A stretch of 64,000 bases of DNA from Tubiluchus corallicola (taxonomy: Eukaryota; Animalia; Priapulida): assembly GCA_030141605.1 (NCBI GenBank), contig JAQGDQ010000021.1:310001-374000 (forward strand), read 5' to 3'. Below, piece after piece: positions 26,334 to 39,925 of the stretch. Below the pieces are notes generated by a model. The model did no database searches and was not told where the DNA came from. It was given only the letters and a program-made list of their open reading frames with translations. Each line of letters starts with the position of its first letter. The first letter of the stretch is position 1. The translations under genes were made by a program, and so were the position numbers.

Positions 26334-27114
26334 ATGTAAAGCTAATAAATGAATAAAAAGGGGGGAAAGCAGGACGAAAAGAAAGGGAAAGGTATATAGA
26401 AAAACAAAAACATTCTGTCAAAGGAAAGAGTGAACAAATAGATGAGTAAACAAGCACACAAGCATAAACAAACAAACAAAAGTAAAATTAAGTCGAAAAA
26501 CTCTAGTAACACAACTACAGCAAATTCGTCCATTCATAACAATGTCACAGCTAATAGTTGATGTGATTTCACAACTCACAACAGCAAGAAACACTCCCAT
26601 TCTTACTTCCTGTCGTAATGACGTAACTTCCTATGGCTTCTTTTTCCTGACTTCAAAGTAACCCATCAATCGCCTACTCAAGAATGTCATTTATTGCACT
26701 TTTGTTTGTTTTCTCTTGTTTCGAGGAACTCGTCAACATCATTTGCTACCTGTATGGCTTCCCGCAACATCTGCTCCCTTTTCTGCTTACCTTTTGTCTT
26801 TTTCTTAGTTTATTACATGGCATGGAATTGTCGCACTTCAATGTACTTCAATTTATTATTGTGCATTTGTAAGCCATTGCAGAAAATTCGACGTCTTAGT
26901 CGTGATTATTTTTCCGTTTACTTCACCTTGGAGAATATTGCAGTGATGGTTTTGTGAATTTTGCTCGAGTTAGTGAAACTGTGTGTGGGTTGGCTCTTTT
27001 GTGCTGTTACCGCAATACTCTGTTAGTGTTCGCAGATATTCGTTAATTGTTTTCGAAGGGCTGAGAGTACAACTCCCGATCAGATTGAAAATCTGTTGGT
27101 GTAAGCAGTGTTAT

Positions 27115-29262
27115 AACTGATAATGTAATAAACGCCCGCGTATTGCAATAAAAAACTAACGCATAATGTAAGACTCCCAAAACGCATAATGTAATAACCC
27201 AAAGTTTGACACATATTGTAACACCACAAAAACGCATAATAAAAAAACGTAATCAAAAAATTCTAATTGATTATGTAATAACTAGCTGAAGTAATGTTGC
27301 TTTGTACCAGTGGCGTAGATTTGTATGAATATAGTATTTCGACGGTTTGCCATTAATGCGGTTCTTCACTGCTACGGTTCGCCACTAGTAAATTTCGCCA
27401 GTAAAATTTATCTACTACGTTAATATCTTAGCCATAAACAAACTGTTTTTATTTGCCAGCGGCACGGTTCGCTACTGGTGCAGTTCGCCAGTGGTATAGT
27501 TCTCCAGAATTAACTTTTCTGTGGCTCGATTTATAGATACAGTATAATGATTTTTTGTAGATAACTTTTAAATCTTCCCCCTCATGGGGGCACCAAACTT
27601 GCATAAAGAATGGGTCACAGTGCGTTACAACCTTCGCGAATCCGTAGTACTACCACCACTGGCTGCCATCTTGGTACATGGTGCTTTTGCGTTGAGAAAT
27701 ACAGGAATAAAATTAAACAACGATACCATTAAATTTTGGCTTTCATGGGCCTATAGACCTGACATGGTGGGGACGGATCATTTCGAGTTATTAGTCATGT
27801 GATTCCGAAAGAGTTCCTTTAAGAGTTAAGGCACCCAAAATTTGAAAATGTTGATTTTTTGTCATAAGTTTTAAACATGATACCGACATGTGTCTAGAAA
27901 AAAGGCCACAGTGTGGCAGACCCGTAGTGGTGTGGCTTTTTCCTCTTAAATATTGCCTCTTTGATTGGTGGAGGCATTGGAAATAATGGGAAATTAGCGG
28001 AATCGAGCATTTGGTTCATGTAATGTTTTGACACTTGAAGTGGGGCCTTTATGCTTGCTGCCCCGGGCCCGCAATGGCTCTCGATGGCCCTGATCGTTGA
28101 ATAGAGAATAGACAGGACTATCACTGGGCGCCATCTTAGTAGGTGGCACTTCAGCATCAAGTCATATATTAGTAAAGTTTTGGTTCAAGTATACAAAATT
28201 TAGGAGGTACTACTAAGGTCCTAAGGATTTCAGGGCATAGTAAGGTAAGGCCATGTCATTATTGAGTGTTACTTACGTGATTGCAAAGGGCTTCGTTTAG
28301 AAGATATAGCTTCCCAAGTTTGGTCATATCGATACCTGGTATATATGAATATATTTATAGGGAAGATGTTCATGTTTTTTGCTAGTCGGACGTATTTAAG
28401 GCCCTATAAAACGGCAACGTTTCAGGGTTCGAAAAAATGGAGCCGGTTGTGGATAGTCAATGCATAGCACCTTACTTGTTTTTTCGTTTGGATAGGTAGT
28501 GCTTCTTGTAGGAGTAATGGCTTCTCAAAAATGGACATATTCTGATGATATTCGCGGCATAATCCAGGCGGGTAAAACGTTCTAGTGTTATTGTTATTGC
28601 TGTTTTGAAATGTGTGTATATGATTTGACAATGTGTATAACGTGAGTGTTTGTGCAAACCAGCCAAATAAAAACTTAAATCCTAAAAAATCTTAAATAGA
28701 GGCCCGAAATTATAGGCCAATATGGCGCTCTACCCTGAATGCATGCGCACTAAATTTATAGTTAGGGTTAAATGGCTCTGCTACGAGAAAAACTATGGAT
28801 CATCACTTTTTCAGAACTTCTTGAAATCGCCATCTTGAACTCAATTCAAGGGATTTTTGGTAACCGGGTGCAAGTGACGCCACCTACCGCATACCCGAAT
28901 TTGAACAAAATCGTTTGAAGTACAAAGTTGTTAGATCCGAAAGAATCTTTTTTGACCAAATATAAAATCACTTTTTTAGTGTGATACTGTAAACCTACTC
29001 GACTTGATGGGGGAAATGATGGAGGATATATATATATATATATATATATAAGAAAATTGCACCAAGTAACATTAATTCTGCTAGTTACTACATTATCAGT
29101 TATTAGATTATGCGTTGCTGTTGCTATGGTATTACAATATGCGTTAAACTTCACGTTATTACATTATGCGTTTTGGGGGTCTTGCATTAGACGTTGATTT
29201 TTATACGTTATACGTTAATTTTTTGCTAATACATTATTGGGCATTTCTTACATTATCAGCTG
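27115..29262. mobile_element. Degenerate element bounded by ~180-bp inverted repeats rich in ACGCATAAT motifs
   Basis: 27115-27297 (ctgataatgtaa...ctcccaaaacgcataatgtaataac...actagctgaagtaatgt) is the approximate reverse complement of 29070-29262 (acattaattctgctagt...gttattacattatgcgttttggggg...ttacattatcag). Confidence 0.5.
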
Positions 29263-32200
29263 CAAAGTTGGCGTCCCCTGCAACAGTCACTATATTAAAA
29301 ACGAAATTAGATTTCCCTTCTGATTTAGCAAAAGTTTGTAAACTACACGGTTTAGTTTATTTTACTTAACAACTTAATTGCCGTAAAACACAACACTGAA
29401 AACAAGTTACAAGCGTCCGAACGTGGCTTCACTCACAGAAGATAGAATAACGCAAGTGGTTAGGATATTTTTATAATCATGAAATTGTTCTTTATTAGTT
29501 TACAGCCATAAGTTAATTCAGGCTGGATAATTTTTGAGATGTTTCGTGATTTTCGGTTTTCCCGCAAATTCTAGAACAGTTAAAGTACTTTTGCAGTGCA
29601 TCACCTTGCAATGGCAGGCCCACTTGACGTGGACGGATAGTTGCGGTGCGACCGGAACCTAGCCCATTATCAAGTTTATTCTTTAAGTTTGAGATGATAC
29701 ACTAAACCATTGGCGATGTTTCAGCCATGTTCGGATCCTTCTTCAACCGCCAAAATCAGAAAGGTGAACATAACTATGGTAGTCACGAATCCATTTACTG
29801 ACCAGCTTCGCTATTGCTTAACTTCGATCGCTAAGCATATACGAAAACAATTCAGGTATTTACCTCGCCCTAGAAGAATGATTATAGGAAAAGAGCCGTC
29901 CTTGTTATTCTTCTCTATCAAAAGCCGTCTTCTCTGTTGTCTCTATATCCCCTGGTCCCGAAGAAGCTGAGTGCTTAATTGAAAATACCCTATGACATAT
30001 TGTAACACACAATCCTTCAGTGGTTGATATGTTGACACTGAAGCCTGTAAAGTTTTTTTTCTGTGTCGCGTATGTTTAGGACTACAGCTATTAATCTTTC
30101 AAAATCATTCCAAAAGTGGGTTGCACGCAGGATCCATGGCTTCTTGCTGATTACCATTATAGCTATAGCCTGAAGAGCAAAAGGCGTAGCTGTAATAGTG
30201 TTACACATGAAAGTAACGTGTACAAAAAAGATAATAAAGCAAACGCAAAGAGAAGAAAGGATATGAAGCAGTGCGTGGCTCGACTACAAAAATAGCCCTG
30301 TCAAAGATTCTCCGATCTAGGCTGCTAGAGATTTATTTACTTCGCTTAAATAAAATTCTATCCGTTCAAATATAAACAATTCCTTTATTAAAACTAAAAT
30401 TCAACTTAAAATTTATTTTTTCACGCTTGATTTCATTTGGTTTTGCCATCTTGTCCAATCGATTTTTTGCAGTTAAAATTTTTCTTACACACAGTTTTAC
30501 ACGCAGAGGGCACGAAATTACGTGCGAGTTTCTGTTTTGGGTTGCTCTAAGTTATTTGAAGTTTGCACACAGTAAAAAACGGAAAGCAGAAAATATGCTG
30601 TACCGAAATCCGAAAATTGCTTCTTGGGCGAAAATGCCTCATTCCCAGAAATCCGTGCGATTCTAACCAACTAACAAACGAACTAACATCATATGCAATA
30701 CTCAACGACAGATGTGTTTGTGCAGGATGCTTGCTGGATCGCAAATCATTCGCAATTGCAATTGTTGTTGTTGTTGTTGTTGTTGTTGTTTCTACTTATT
30801 TTGTAGTGCATCGGTCACACTTTCCCGTGTTAAGTTTTGCACTCTGTCACTGTTAGCCATAGAAAACGACGGACAAAATCACTATTTTCGAAGTTTGGCC
30901 GAGAAATTTTTGGCGCGAAATTAAGACATGACTGACGCATTCTGCGGCTTGTCAATATTTATTTTTGTCTCTTAATTTAAACGTAAATAGCGCTGTAATA
31001 AGCAATTAAGCAAAGCTGTATATCTATTGATTCAGCTAAAGTCTAAACAGACAAAATATCCGAGATAAGCCTACCCTTGCAGCCTTTTATTTCAAGGAAA
31101 CAACCGTGTTACAATTATGATTTGATAGATTTCGTTAAGCATAAATAAATTAACAGTAGGTATTGATAAAAAGATTAGCTTATACCACTTCAATTAGTTT
31201 TCTAACAATAAGTAGGCTTTCCAATTCTTCTTTTTAAATTATAACTTTTAAATTGATTTACACTACAGAGGAGTCGGAGAGGACAAGTCAAATGTGGTCT
31301 GAATGTATACGTTTGTGATTGGAATTAAGAGTAACCAGTTTGCCATCTACACTGCAAACGAGTTTTATAAGAAAGGTTATACACATGGGTGCTATAAGAA
31401 AAGGGCTTTTCACAACAGCAAAACCATACTGCAAAAGCTTCGTTACCTCCATTTCTTGTGATTGCTTTTCATGCGTGGTTTTGCCTTGACAAAAATACAG
31501 GCATAGAATCTATAGCCGACAACGACAGAGACATGGCAACATAGGAAAGGATCAGCATCCCCTGCAAATGCTGGCCTACCATGTAAATGCTAGCAGACGC
31601 GTAAATGCTGACGGGGCTAAGACCATTTAGAGTACTCGCCTAATTTTGCTCTCTTTCCTTGCTAATGAATTATACAACGGGTTTTGTAAAATGTAGGCGT
31701 GCTATAGTGTTTAAACACTATAAAAGTCTTTAACTGTTTATACCACCTACTAGGATAATATAGAGGTGCCATCTACAAAATTATTGTTTTACTAATTGAA
31801 TCTAACGTCGCTTTAAACTGGCACCTCCTACTGCTATTATTATTGCGTGACACGCATTTAAGTTAAATTATAGATCAATTGCAAACTAAAATGGTAAGCG
31901 GGATCTAAATTGTGCAATAAACAAAAGTGCTGCATCATGTTTGTCAATGACGTTTGGCAACCTTTTACAGTCTGTTCCATTCATGTGGGTGACTGAATGA
32001 AACGGAACGTGTAACCACACAGATCGTTAGGGCAGCTAACTGTCTAACACTCATACGCACCAGATAATGATGAGTGTGACAAGTTCATGAACGTTAGTAA
32101 AATATTGCTAAATCTAGTTAGTGTAGTAATTACTAACGTAAATCTGACTACATGCGTTAGCTTTTTATATAATTTAGCTTTTTCTCTTTATATCGTATCG

Positions 32201-32639
32201 AAGATACAGCACATCATAAAAGACAATACAATAAAATTGCAATACAGCCAAATTCAAGCTAAATACTAAAATAAATTATAATATTATACAGGTTTGATAT
32301 TTCATAGCAAGTTTCTGATATTTAGATCTTATAAAATGTATTTTCTACTAGATGTTTTACATTAATAATTCAGCGGTGTCTTCTATTTAGCACGGTTCGC
32401 ACAACCTGGTCTATTAATTTCATAAAGGACTATAACAATACAGCTATCTAGATAAGACAAAACTTTTGTAACGTGTAAGTTCTATTAAATCGATTAAATA
32501 CTTCAGTGGCACTATATTACAAAAGTACTGAAGCAATATAATGTTCTCATTTTTTTAAAATTAAATATTCTTCTGTAAGCAATGTAAGGTGTAGTATTTG
32601 TATAAACAATACACTATTTTAAACTATTGCAATATAGTA

Positions 32640-33010
32640 TAGGCGGATAACTCGTTAGAAATTTACAAAGCATTAAGAGCTCATATATTTCTCTCAAATT
32701 AAAAAAGGGCCTTACAGAAAAAATACCTTATCACATAGGTGTCAAACAAGGTTGTCCATTAAGTTCCACCCTCTTTTCGGTGCTTATGAGCGATATAGTA
32801 CAACTTTGACCCCTCCAGTTTATCCAGTTTATTTATATAATACTAAAGTTAACTGTTTACTTTATGCTGATGATATGGTTTTAACCTCATCTACTAAAGA
32901 TGAGCTCCAGTATTCGCTTAGGTTAGAAGGATATTGTAATAAATGGGGCTTAACCGGCAATACTATAAGACGAATTAATAATATTTAATAAGACAGGTAA
33001 AAAAATAAAG
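32640..33010 (+). mobile_element. Decayed LINE (non-LTR) reverse transcriptase fragment
   Basis: Frameshifted GVKQGCPLS motif followed by LLYADDMVL...ELQ...YCNKWGL, typical of LINE RT domains 4-6. Confidence 0.75.
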
Positions 33011-36000
33011 AATCTTAAAAAAAGACAGGATGATTTCAAGTCCGATAAAAGTATACATTTTAACACAATTAATACTACAATTAAATGGAAAAACTTTTTG
33101 TGCAAACAAATGAAAATTTTACCTTACATTCGTGGCGTGGCTTTTGCACTTCGCAATTTCGCGTAAATCGGCGATGTTGCATTAAAAATCCGCAATCCGC
33201 AAATCGCAAAATGAGTGTGAATTCGCATCTCTGATTTTATGTTCTGTAATTACATGTACATTCTTAAGAAGCCACATTGTTTTCATTAATTTTTATGATT
33301 TTGCCACTGCACGGCTTTTATTACGCTTTAACTTCAAACAGAGTCATTTTCTTCGAAAAAACATAATTTTGTATGATTGCACGTTCTAAATGGACTATAT
33401 GTAAACCTGTCGTTTTAATTATTTACAAATAAACAATATGAATAAATGAAATTAATGTCATTTTTCATAGTTTTACTAAAATAAGATAATTTTTTCTGCG
33501 TTTAAGTTATTAGTATTACGAACGTAAGATATATTATTTACCGTTTTCCTTACTTAGAATTTGATATGTTCCCAGCAGTGTTTTGATATTAGTAAGAAAG
33601 AAACTTATATTTTGCAGTTAGATTATTAGTATTACTGCTGCAACAGAAATCATGATGAGTAATTTTTGTTCCAAGCTGGAATTTTAATATACGTATCCAT
33701 ACAGTGTTTTACTAAAAATAAGAAACAAATTTTATGTGAATTTAAGACATTAGTATTACAACTATTAAAGTCAAGATAATAGTGCATGAAATAACTGAGG
33801 CCGGTCTGACTCTTGGCGTGCCAGACTTTGGACATCCAAATTCTTCGAGTTTGATTTCGTTTACATCATGCCTTCGTTGAGGATGTTGACAATCAATTTT
33901 CGATATCTTCCAGTTCTCTGTCTTTGTCCATGCCATCTGACAATCACAAATAAACGGGTTTCCTATGCAAAAAATCAGAATTGCTAATGTATCGTGTTAA
34001 GAGCTACATCGGTTGTTTAAGCAGCTGTCAAAGCAGGACTACACATCTGCTGTTACAATGTTGGAAGTCCCGTTTTCAAAGTGGGACGTTAGTGTGTCCC
34101 GGGACCCTTGGCTAACCTAAATGAGGCGGTAACCTGCAAAGTCACATTGTACGGCGCGGAGTACGCCGCTAGCCGAAGTAGTACACTTGCGCTAAAGCGC
34201 ATACGCTAAATTTACTGAAAATCAGTGTTGTATTTGGGTAACCCAAGAAGGGCGCTGACGATTTCTCTTACAAGTTTAAAAATGAAACAGATACTGAAAG
34301 TGAAACAGAAGTCTTCACAACACAAAAAAGTGAAGTTTTAACATTTAAGAAAGACAAAGACAATTAATTTCAATAATCCAAACAGTATTGCAACAGAGAG
34401 CAAAATGGCTCAGTATCTTGTGTACCACATGGCAGTACATGGCTCGCTAGCCCGTTTACTTAGGAGAAAACAATTATTATGACGAAGAAGTAGTGAAACG
34501 TATCACCTGTGTAATAACATCTTCAATTACTATTATTAAATAAACAAGGACAACGGACGCTGCCACTATGACTCGTTTCGTGATCTGTCTCTAGTGACTT
34601 ACTTGGGCAGCCCATGTACGACCCGCTCTACTTGGCCCAGCCCATGTACACGCAACCTATCTGGGCTAGCCCATGTACGGCAATTGTCCTACTTCGGCTG
34701 CTACTTTGGCCGAAACAAAAGAAAAAAACTGATGAACAAGACTTCGGATACAGAAAAACTATTTGCAAATAAATGCAACCTCATCCCTATTTCAATTGTC
34801 TTTTTGCAGTTCAAAACTTAGGAGGAGTTGAATAGCAATTGAAAAGCTGACCGATTTCCAGTATCTTTGATACTATGGCCGAGGTCATTGTTCACTACAC
34901 CACACCCTACCCCAGGTATTTACCCTGTGAGTTTCATGACTCTCTCCTGTCTTTGTGAGTTAACATAAATTAAAAATAGAAACCTGGATGACTAATATAA
35001 TAGCGATTTATGAAATAAGAATGAAAAAAAATCAGCATCAGTTTGGAGACCCATGACATTACTGTTCGCAGATAAAAATAAACATTTCCTTCAAATATTT
35101 TGCAAGTAAATGCATGTGGATTCGAAAAAACGACCTAGTACCTGTCATGATCAATTCTACGTCACTTGAACTAACGTTTTTATGCAGTTTCGGCATTGCC
35201 ATTTTCTTCAACCCGCAGTCTTCGATGTGAATGTAGTTGATATTTGGATTTGTCGTCAAATGCAGGTCCAAATAAACCAGTTTTTTTACAATCAAACATA
35301 GAAATGTGCTGTAGGTCCTTCATTCCAGAAAAACAATTTGTTTCAATGTCATGCAAATTGTACAGGTCTATTAACCGGAACCTCTGAACTTTTGCAGCGA
35401 CTTCACCTTCCCGTAAACTTTCCAGGTTACATTCAACAAATTCCAGGAGCTTGATAGTCTTTCCCTCTAGAACATTTTAGGTAAACTCTTTTCATAAAAC
35501 TGAAAAATAACCAGTTTGTCGAAAACATCAGGAACAGCATTCTCTATATACTGAAGATGAGTTACATTAATTTTCATTTTTTACCCACAAAATATTTGAC
35601 AAGGATTAGTCCTTTTGACCTCACATTCAGGCACACTTGGTGAGAGCCTACATTTAGATTAGGCTGCCGTGGAAATTTCGGAAAATGCCTTACAAACTAT
35701 GTGCAAGAAAAATGCCGCTGCTAGATGCAAGAGACATTTTCTAAAAAACGTCATCAGGAAAGCATTTAAACTGGTACAAACTGGAAAACTCACATAACGA
35801 ATCATTTTTGACAAAGTTCTAAAAAATTCTTTCTAGGAAAGCAGCAAAGGGTGAATGTAGGCTCGCCTGGAGAGACAATGATATAACGTCAACGTCAACG
35901 GTTTACGTTTAGGCAAAAAGACTTCTGAAAGAAGCTAAAATTCTATTAGCCCAGTACATTGTCTTACATACCCAGGTCTGACATTCAACAAATCAAAATG

Positions 36001-36079
36001 CTACAATCTGCGATTGACTAACAATAAAACTATCCAAAAACCACAAAAAGAACTTGGTGCATAAACTCAGAACAACAGC

Positions 36080-36420
36080 TCACACCCCACTCACAACACA
36101 CCACCTCTTCGCACCAAGACATGTCACACCACACCTCCCACACCATACCACATCACAACACCATACTATATCACCACACCATAGCACACCACCCACAACA
36201 CAACACAATGCACCACACCATACCACTCTACATCACACCACTCACACCCCATCAACCCCCCCCCCCCCCACATTATCCATACCACATCACGAACACCATA
36301 CCATCAATACCACACCACTCACACCACCTCACCCACACCACATCAAATCTACCATCACATGGTGATCATGATGTTGATGATGATGATAATGATGACGATG
36401 ACAACAGCAGCAACACCAAC
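36080..36420. repeat. CAC/CACA-rich low-complexity tract followed by (GAT)n
   Basis: Directly visible. Generates His/Thr/Pro-rich pseudo-ORFs. Confidence 0.8.
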
Positions 36421-38725
36421 AGTGCAGCAAAACAGCGACACCTTGGAAAACATTGCACAAGGTTGAAACGGTGTGCTATCACAAATTCTCTTAAACTCAT
36501 CTGCCAATGACCAATAATGTGCAGTCATTCTAATTAGTTTTGCTAACTGCTTCTCAGATGATAATAAACTAACAGAATTTACTTATTTTGTACAATCTAT
36601 AAAACTGTGGAATGATGGGTGAAGACAATGCCTGGAACAGACGCGATATCTCTCAAACTCAAAGAAAATGGATGTTCCAAATAGCATGCAACACAGGGGG
36701 TAGAAAAAGAACTTTGAAATACACCCCTCCCGTTTCGTCTAGAGGACACCTCACTAGTGAAACCTACAATACCTTGTAGACCACTTCGTCCTCTTTCTGC
36801 GAGTATGCTTATTTTTTCCCAATATACCAAAACAGGTGAACAAATTGAGTTTCTCTAGAGGGTGTTTGAGCAGTTTTCTGCAAAATTTGGGTGGATTGGT
36901 CAGGGAAATATGACTATTACACCCACCGTTGAATGGGCCATTCAACCATTACCAGCACAGGTCTCTAGAACTAGATATTCTAGTTCTCTAGAAATAAGAG
37001 GTGTAAGTTTTGCAAATTTTCGTGCAAAACGGTAAAAAGAGCGTTTTTTGGAGGTTTTTTGCCTCCCGTTCTTCCCTGTGGACCCGATTCGAAAAATAAA
37101 CCCCCAGTGGGTGAACAGCTTTCGTTTGATATATGGCTTGTCGAAAATGGCGCCGTCGTCGGAGCTGTAGCCTCGTCAGTTACACACGCACGTACGCACG
37201 CACACACGACCGACCGCCCACACACACACGCACGCACGCGCGCGCGCACACCCACACACATTTATAGCGCCTCTAATATGGAAATACTGTAAATAGGTTA
37301 TTAAAAAGCTAATACCTTTTAATATTAACTTAATTTCTTATAAACTCTTGAGTGTACCTGAATTAATGTTTCTTAATTAGAGAAACTGTTACCTGTACTG
37401 TAGTAATGGTATGTTTTGTATTTATCGTATTTTTGATGTATTTTTCTTGTTGGTGCAATAAACTTAAACTTAAACAATACTTTTAGCTTGAGAACCAGAT
37501 TTTAAGCGATAATATCTTCTGCACCTCGTGCAGCCGATGCTGATGTTCTTTCCATAGTGAAACTCGTTGCTTTTTTATATTTTGCAATTTAAATTAACAT
37601 TTTTCCAGGTTCTTTATGTGTATTGTTTTTCCTTTTTATGTCTTATATTAAATTCAAACAAAAATGTTACCTTATTTTTAGAACAAAAAAGTAGTGTAGT
37701 AAGGTTGACTTTAATTCTGTCTCATTTCAGTGTTTGTTTTAGTAAAGTGTTTATGAGCTTTATATTTTATATAAGTGGGATTTTATGAAAGAACACGAAA
37801 ATAAACGAACATAAATTAAAACAGAAAACTGTTTAGCTGATGCGGTTTAGGGGAAAGGAGCTTTGAGAAATATTAAGTATTTGCAATAATGTTTTATGCA
37901 CTACCACCTGTTAACGCTTCCACGTACAGGTCTTACTAATTAGGGCCAAGATGCATTATGGGATGTTAAACAGCGTCAAGAAGTGAGGAAATGACGCCAA
38001 GTCTATCGTTAAGAACGTCAAAGAAAGTTTTAAACAATATCAACGTTTCAAAAGCGTTGACTCATTACCGTCATTGCATACTCTGCAAAATGCCCGACAT
38101 TATGTACCGTTTTCTTTTCCTTTAACTTACTTACGGCGACGCATCCTTGATGCTTTTTGGCGCCCTTGACGTTTCTTCACGCAGATCAGTAAGACATTTC
38201 TGTACACATTACTGTAGTCTGAATTCTGTAATGAAAACAATGTGCTGATAATTAGCAGTATCTTCGCGAAACCGGGTTATCAATTTATTTTGCAAAGTTC
38301 CAAGAGGTACCAAGCTCACAGACCCGCCGAATATTTGGCAATCGATGCACCAGTTACTCGCAGCTAGATCTAACCATGGAAAGACTTCACATTTCAATAA
38401 CGCTTAACGGATTTATAAACATTTTTAAAAAGATTCTAAATGTTTCATTATTTATGTATAAATTGCCCTTTTCCTAGACGCTATCTATCTAACAAGAAAG
38501 GTTTATGACGAAATACGAGGCCGAGAAAGAAATATTGGTTAGTTTTAAACGACATCCCAGAACATTAAACGTTTCGTTCAAGCTTCGACATCATCTAATT
38601 TTTCGCTTGGTCTGCAAGCGATAGCGCAATCAGCGCACAAATACTTTTAATGCTTATCACAACTGTTCAAAAATTTTTAAAGATCGGCAGATCAAATTTT
38701 TAATTACAATGGTCTCGAACTTTTG

Positions 38726-38926
38726 ATGAATGAATGAATGAATTAATTAATGAATGAACAAACGAACGATCAAACGAAGGAATGAACGAATGAATGAATG
38801 AATGAATGAATGAATGAATGAATGAATGAATGAATGAATGAATGAATGAATGAATGAATGAATTAATGAATGAATGAATGAGTGAGTGAATAAATGAATG
38901 AATGAATTCGAATTGAATGAATGAAT
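38726..38926. repeat. (GAAT)n microsatellite upstream of the GPCR
   Basis: Directly visible. Confidence 0.95.
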
Positions 38927-39925
38927 AATAGAGATATACTACAAAGAATCTCTAGATTTTAAAGGCAGTTTATTGTAGTTCGTAAGCACAGCGAGGATTA
39001 ACGAGAAAACTTGAGCGTCAACAGTTTTAATAATGTAATTGCCTCCAAACAGTCCGAGTGGCAATGAAAAGAAACTGCCGAGGGCGGGATGTGCAAAGCT
39101 TTTGCAACTGGGTATTGTGAATATTGTTGAAAAGTTTCGCTGTGCTGGCTTGCTGCCTTCCACTGACTGGTTGGACTTACGAGGCTTGTCGTTAATCTCT
39201 TGACGACCTTTAAGATTTGTTGCATTTTACTGTTAATATCCTTATCCTAATGAGGTTAACATTGACACTTGCAAATTATTATTAGTTGTCACAGTTTACA
39301 GACATTAATTAATATTAACGTAGAGCATAATGTTGCTTAAGGCTGTGCAATTACGCATGCGTACTTCGCAACCGCGTCATTCATGAAAGTTATTATTTGT
39401 GTTCAATATATTGTTTACAGATTTCTTAATTTGAGAACTTGGCCTTTCCACTGCATAAAGCGCCTGTTTTGTCATCGTAAACTGGGAAGTCTTAACATTC
39501 GTTAGTATGACGCACGCAACTTCGTTATGTCACTTCCAGTGACAATAATTTTCTCTGACAAAAACTGCAAAGTGCGTGCAGCATTCTCATGGGACAGTAT
39601 TTTATCACCTGAAAAAGAAAAGCATGTACATTAGTTATGGTACGATATGTCTCATAGTTGACATTTAGAACCCCTTTAAGAATGATCTGCTTGATTGTTT
39701 TGTAGATAACTATACTTCACGAGAGCTGGGACCTTATCGTAGCCCTTTACGAAGTGGCTTAAGAGATTTACACATTTACAGTAATCAGTGCAGTGCTAAT
39801 TAAGTAATTTTGTTGTTTTTATAGGTCAAGTATGTAGTTCTGCTAGAGAGGAAGACAGGAATGAGAGAAATCTTTCAATCGGGCAGCGCATCAAGCAACC
39901 CAACTAACTAATCAGCACTTTCAGA

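Noticed and set aside
25358-26533. SL-repeat and FIHS-repeat ORFs
   Set aside because: These are translations of (CT)n and (GAAT)n microsatellites.
34595-34680. Three spaced GCCCATGTAC repeats as a CRISPR or regulatory array
   Set aside because: Short degenerate repeats with an inverted copy at ~34434, best explained as subterminal repeats of a decayed MITE.
36054-36510. His-rich ORFs
   Set aside because: CAC-rich low-complexity DNA that is open in several frames, with no gene structure.
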